NCBI GenBank assembly: GCA_015680685.1
Contig: MNCI01002813.1
Coordinates: 248,001-312,000, forward strand
DNA length: 64,000 bases
Origin: Gnetum montanum
Lineage: Eukaryota; Plantae; Gnetophyta
Direction of reading: 5' to 3'
Every line of letters begins with the position of its first letter. Positions within the stretch are counted from its first letter, which is position 1. The notes under the pieces are model-generated. The model was not told the DNA's origin, did not search any database, and saw only the letters and a list, made by a program, of their open reading frames with translations. The position numbers were made by a program, and so were the translations under genes. This document shows, one piece after another, positions 63,501 to 64,000 of this stretch.

Positions 63501-64000
63501 CCTAGAAAAGAAGTCATCATAATGGGTAGGGTATTCTGGGATCTCAAATGCCAGATGTTCCATGATGGTAGCCCGCACGTTGCTGATGGAGATAAACTTC
63601 CTTATAGCCCTCTTGGCCAATGACAATGTATCATTATTTCCCATAAGACTACTTTCATTGATAAAAAACCTATGCCAGAAACACAAACAAATATTTACGC
63701 TCAATACGTATCTAAACAGTAGTTAGCATTACAATACTGCGAAGTGAAATGAAACTTACCCACCTACATAATGCATAGTACCAGGTGGATTCTTGAAATA
63801 AGTTGTGGGATGACAGGCCATGAACAGAGTGTTATAGGAGTGATAATAGTTAAATCTAGGCATTTCCAAGATCTAGCTTAAACGTCTTATACCACTGACA
63901 TTTTGTTCGTGGTCTTGTACCCACATAGTTTCAATCACACCATCTGATAGAAATGCTTTGCGTCGAATCGACCAATAACATCTCTAAAATAGTAGCAGCT
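60560..64000 (-). pseudogene. Antisense multi-exon accessory gene of T2 (5' part, including phosphatase motif I, lies beyond the window)
   Basis: rc gives ILEMLLVD..YHSYNTLFMACHPTTYFKNPPGTMHYVG, then intron 63759-63670 (GG|GTAAG..CATAG|G), then FFINESSLMGNNDTLSL..ISNVRA. Downstream exons are collinear with T1 36698-39550. Confidence 0.8.

Larger units (their letters stand above)
54412..64000 (+). mobile_element. Tat element T2 (same family as T1, opposite orientation), runs off the window end
   Basis: 5' LTR TGAAAC..GTTATA 54412-55688; decayed Asn PBS tggtgttaggaggaggg at 55695; gag 55945-58200; PR 58830-59660; antisense gene 60560-64000. Confidence 0.9.

Overview
AT-rich (apparently land-plant) repeat-dense window with no intact host gene. 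It consists of nested, decayed retroelements whose stop codons often fit C>T decay of CAA/CAG/CGA/TGG. Contents: (i) two opposite-facing Athila-like Ty3/gypsy copies (1-13800 minus; 17270-27184 plus); (ii) two Ty1/copia-like elements with gag but no recognisable pol (3062-12665 plus; 27185-52354 minus); (iii) a decayed LINE ORF2 (14530-17230 minus); (iv) a 3.5-kb insertion carrying a captured phosphoglycerate-mutase-like exon; (v) a Tat-type Ty3/gypsy family present as one full-length 17.3-kb element (28334-45625; TG..CA, TSD ATAAC, tRNA-Asn PBS, RH followed by archaeal-type RH), a second copy cut by the window end (54412-64000), a diverged third fragment and a solo LTR. Main observation: in this Tat family, protease and RT are separated by a ~5.7-kb putative intron. 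It holds an ANTISENSE, multi-exon gene encoding an FCP1/NIF-type HAD (CTD-phosphatase-like) domain with altered catalytic motifs, followed by a transposon accessory domain, a coiled coil and an acidic tail. The cassette recurs in the second copy, and its 3' part in the third. All domain calls come from manual translation and motif recognition; no database search was run.
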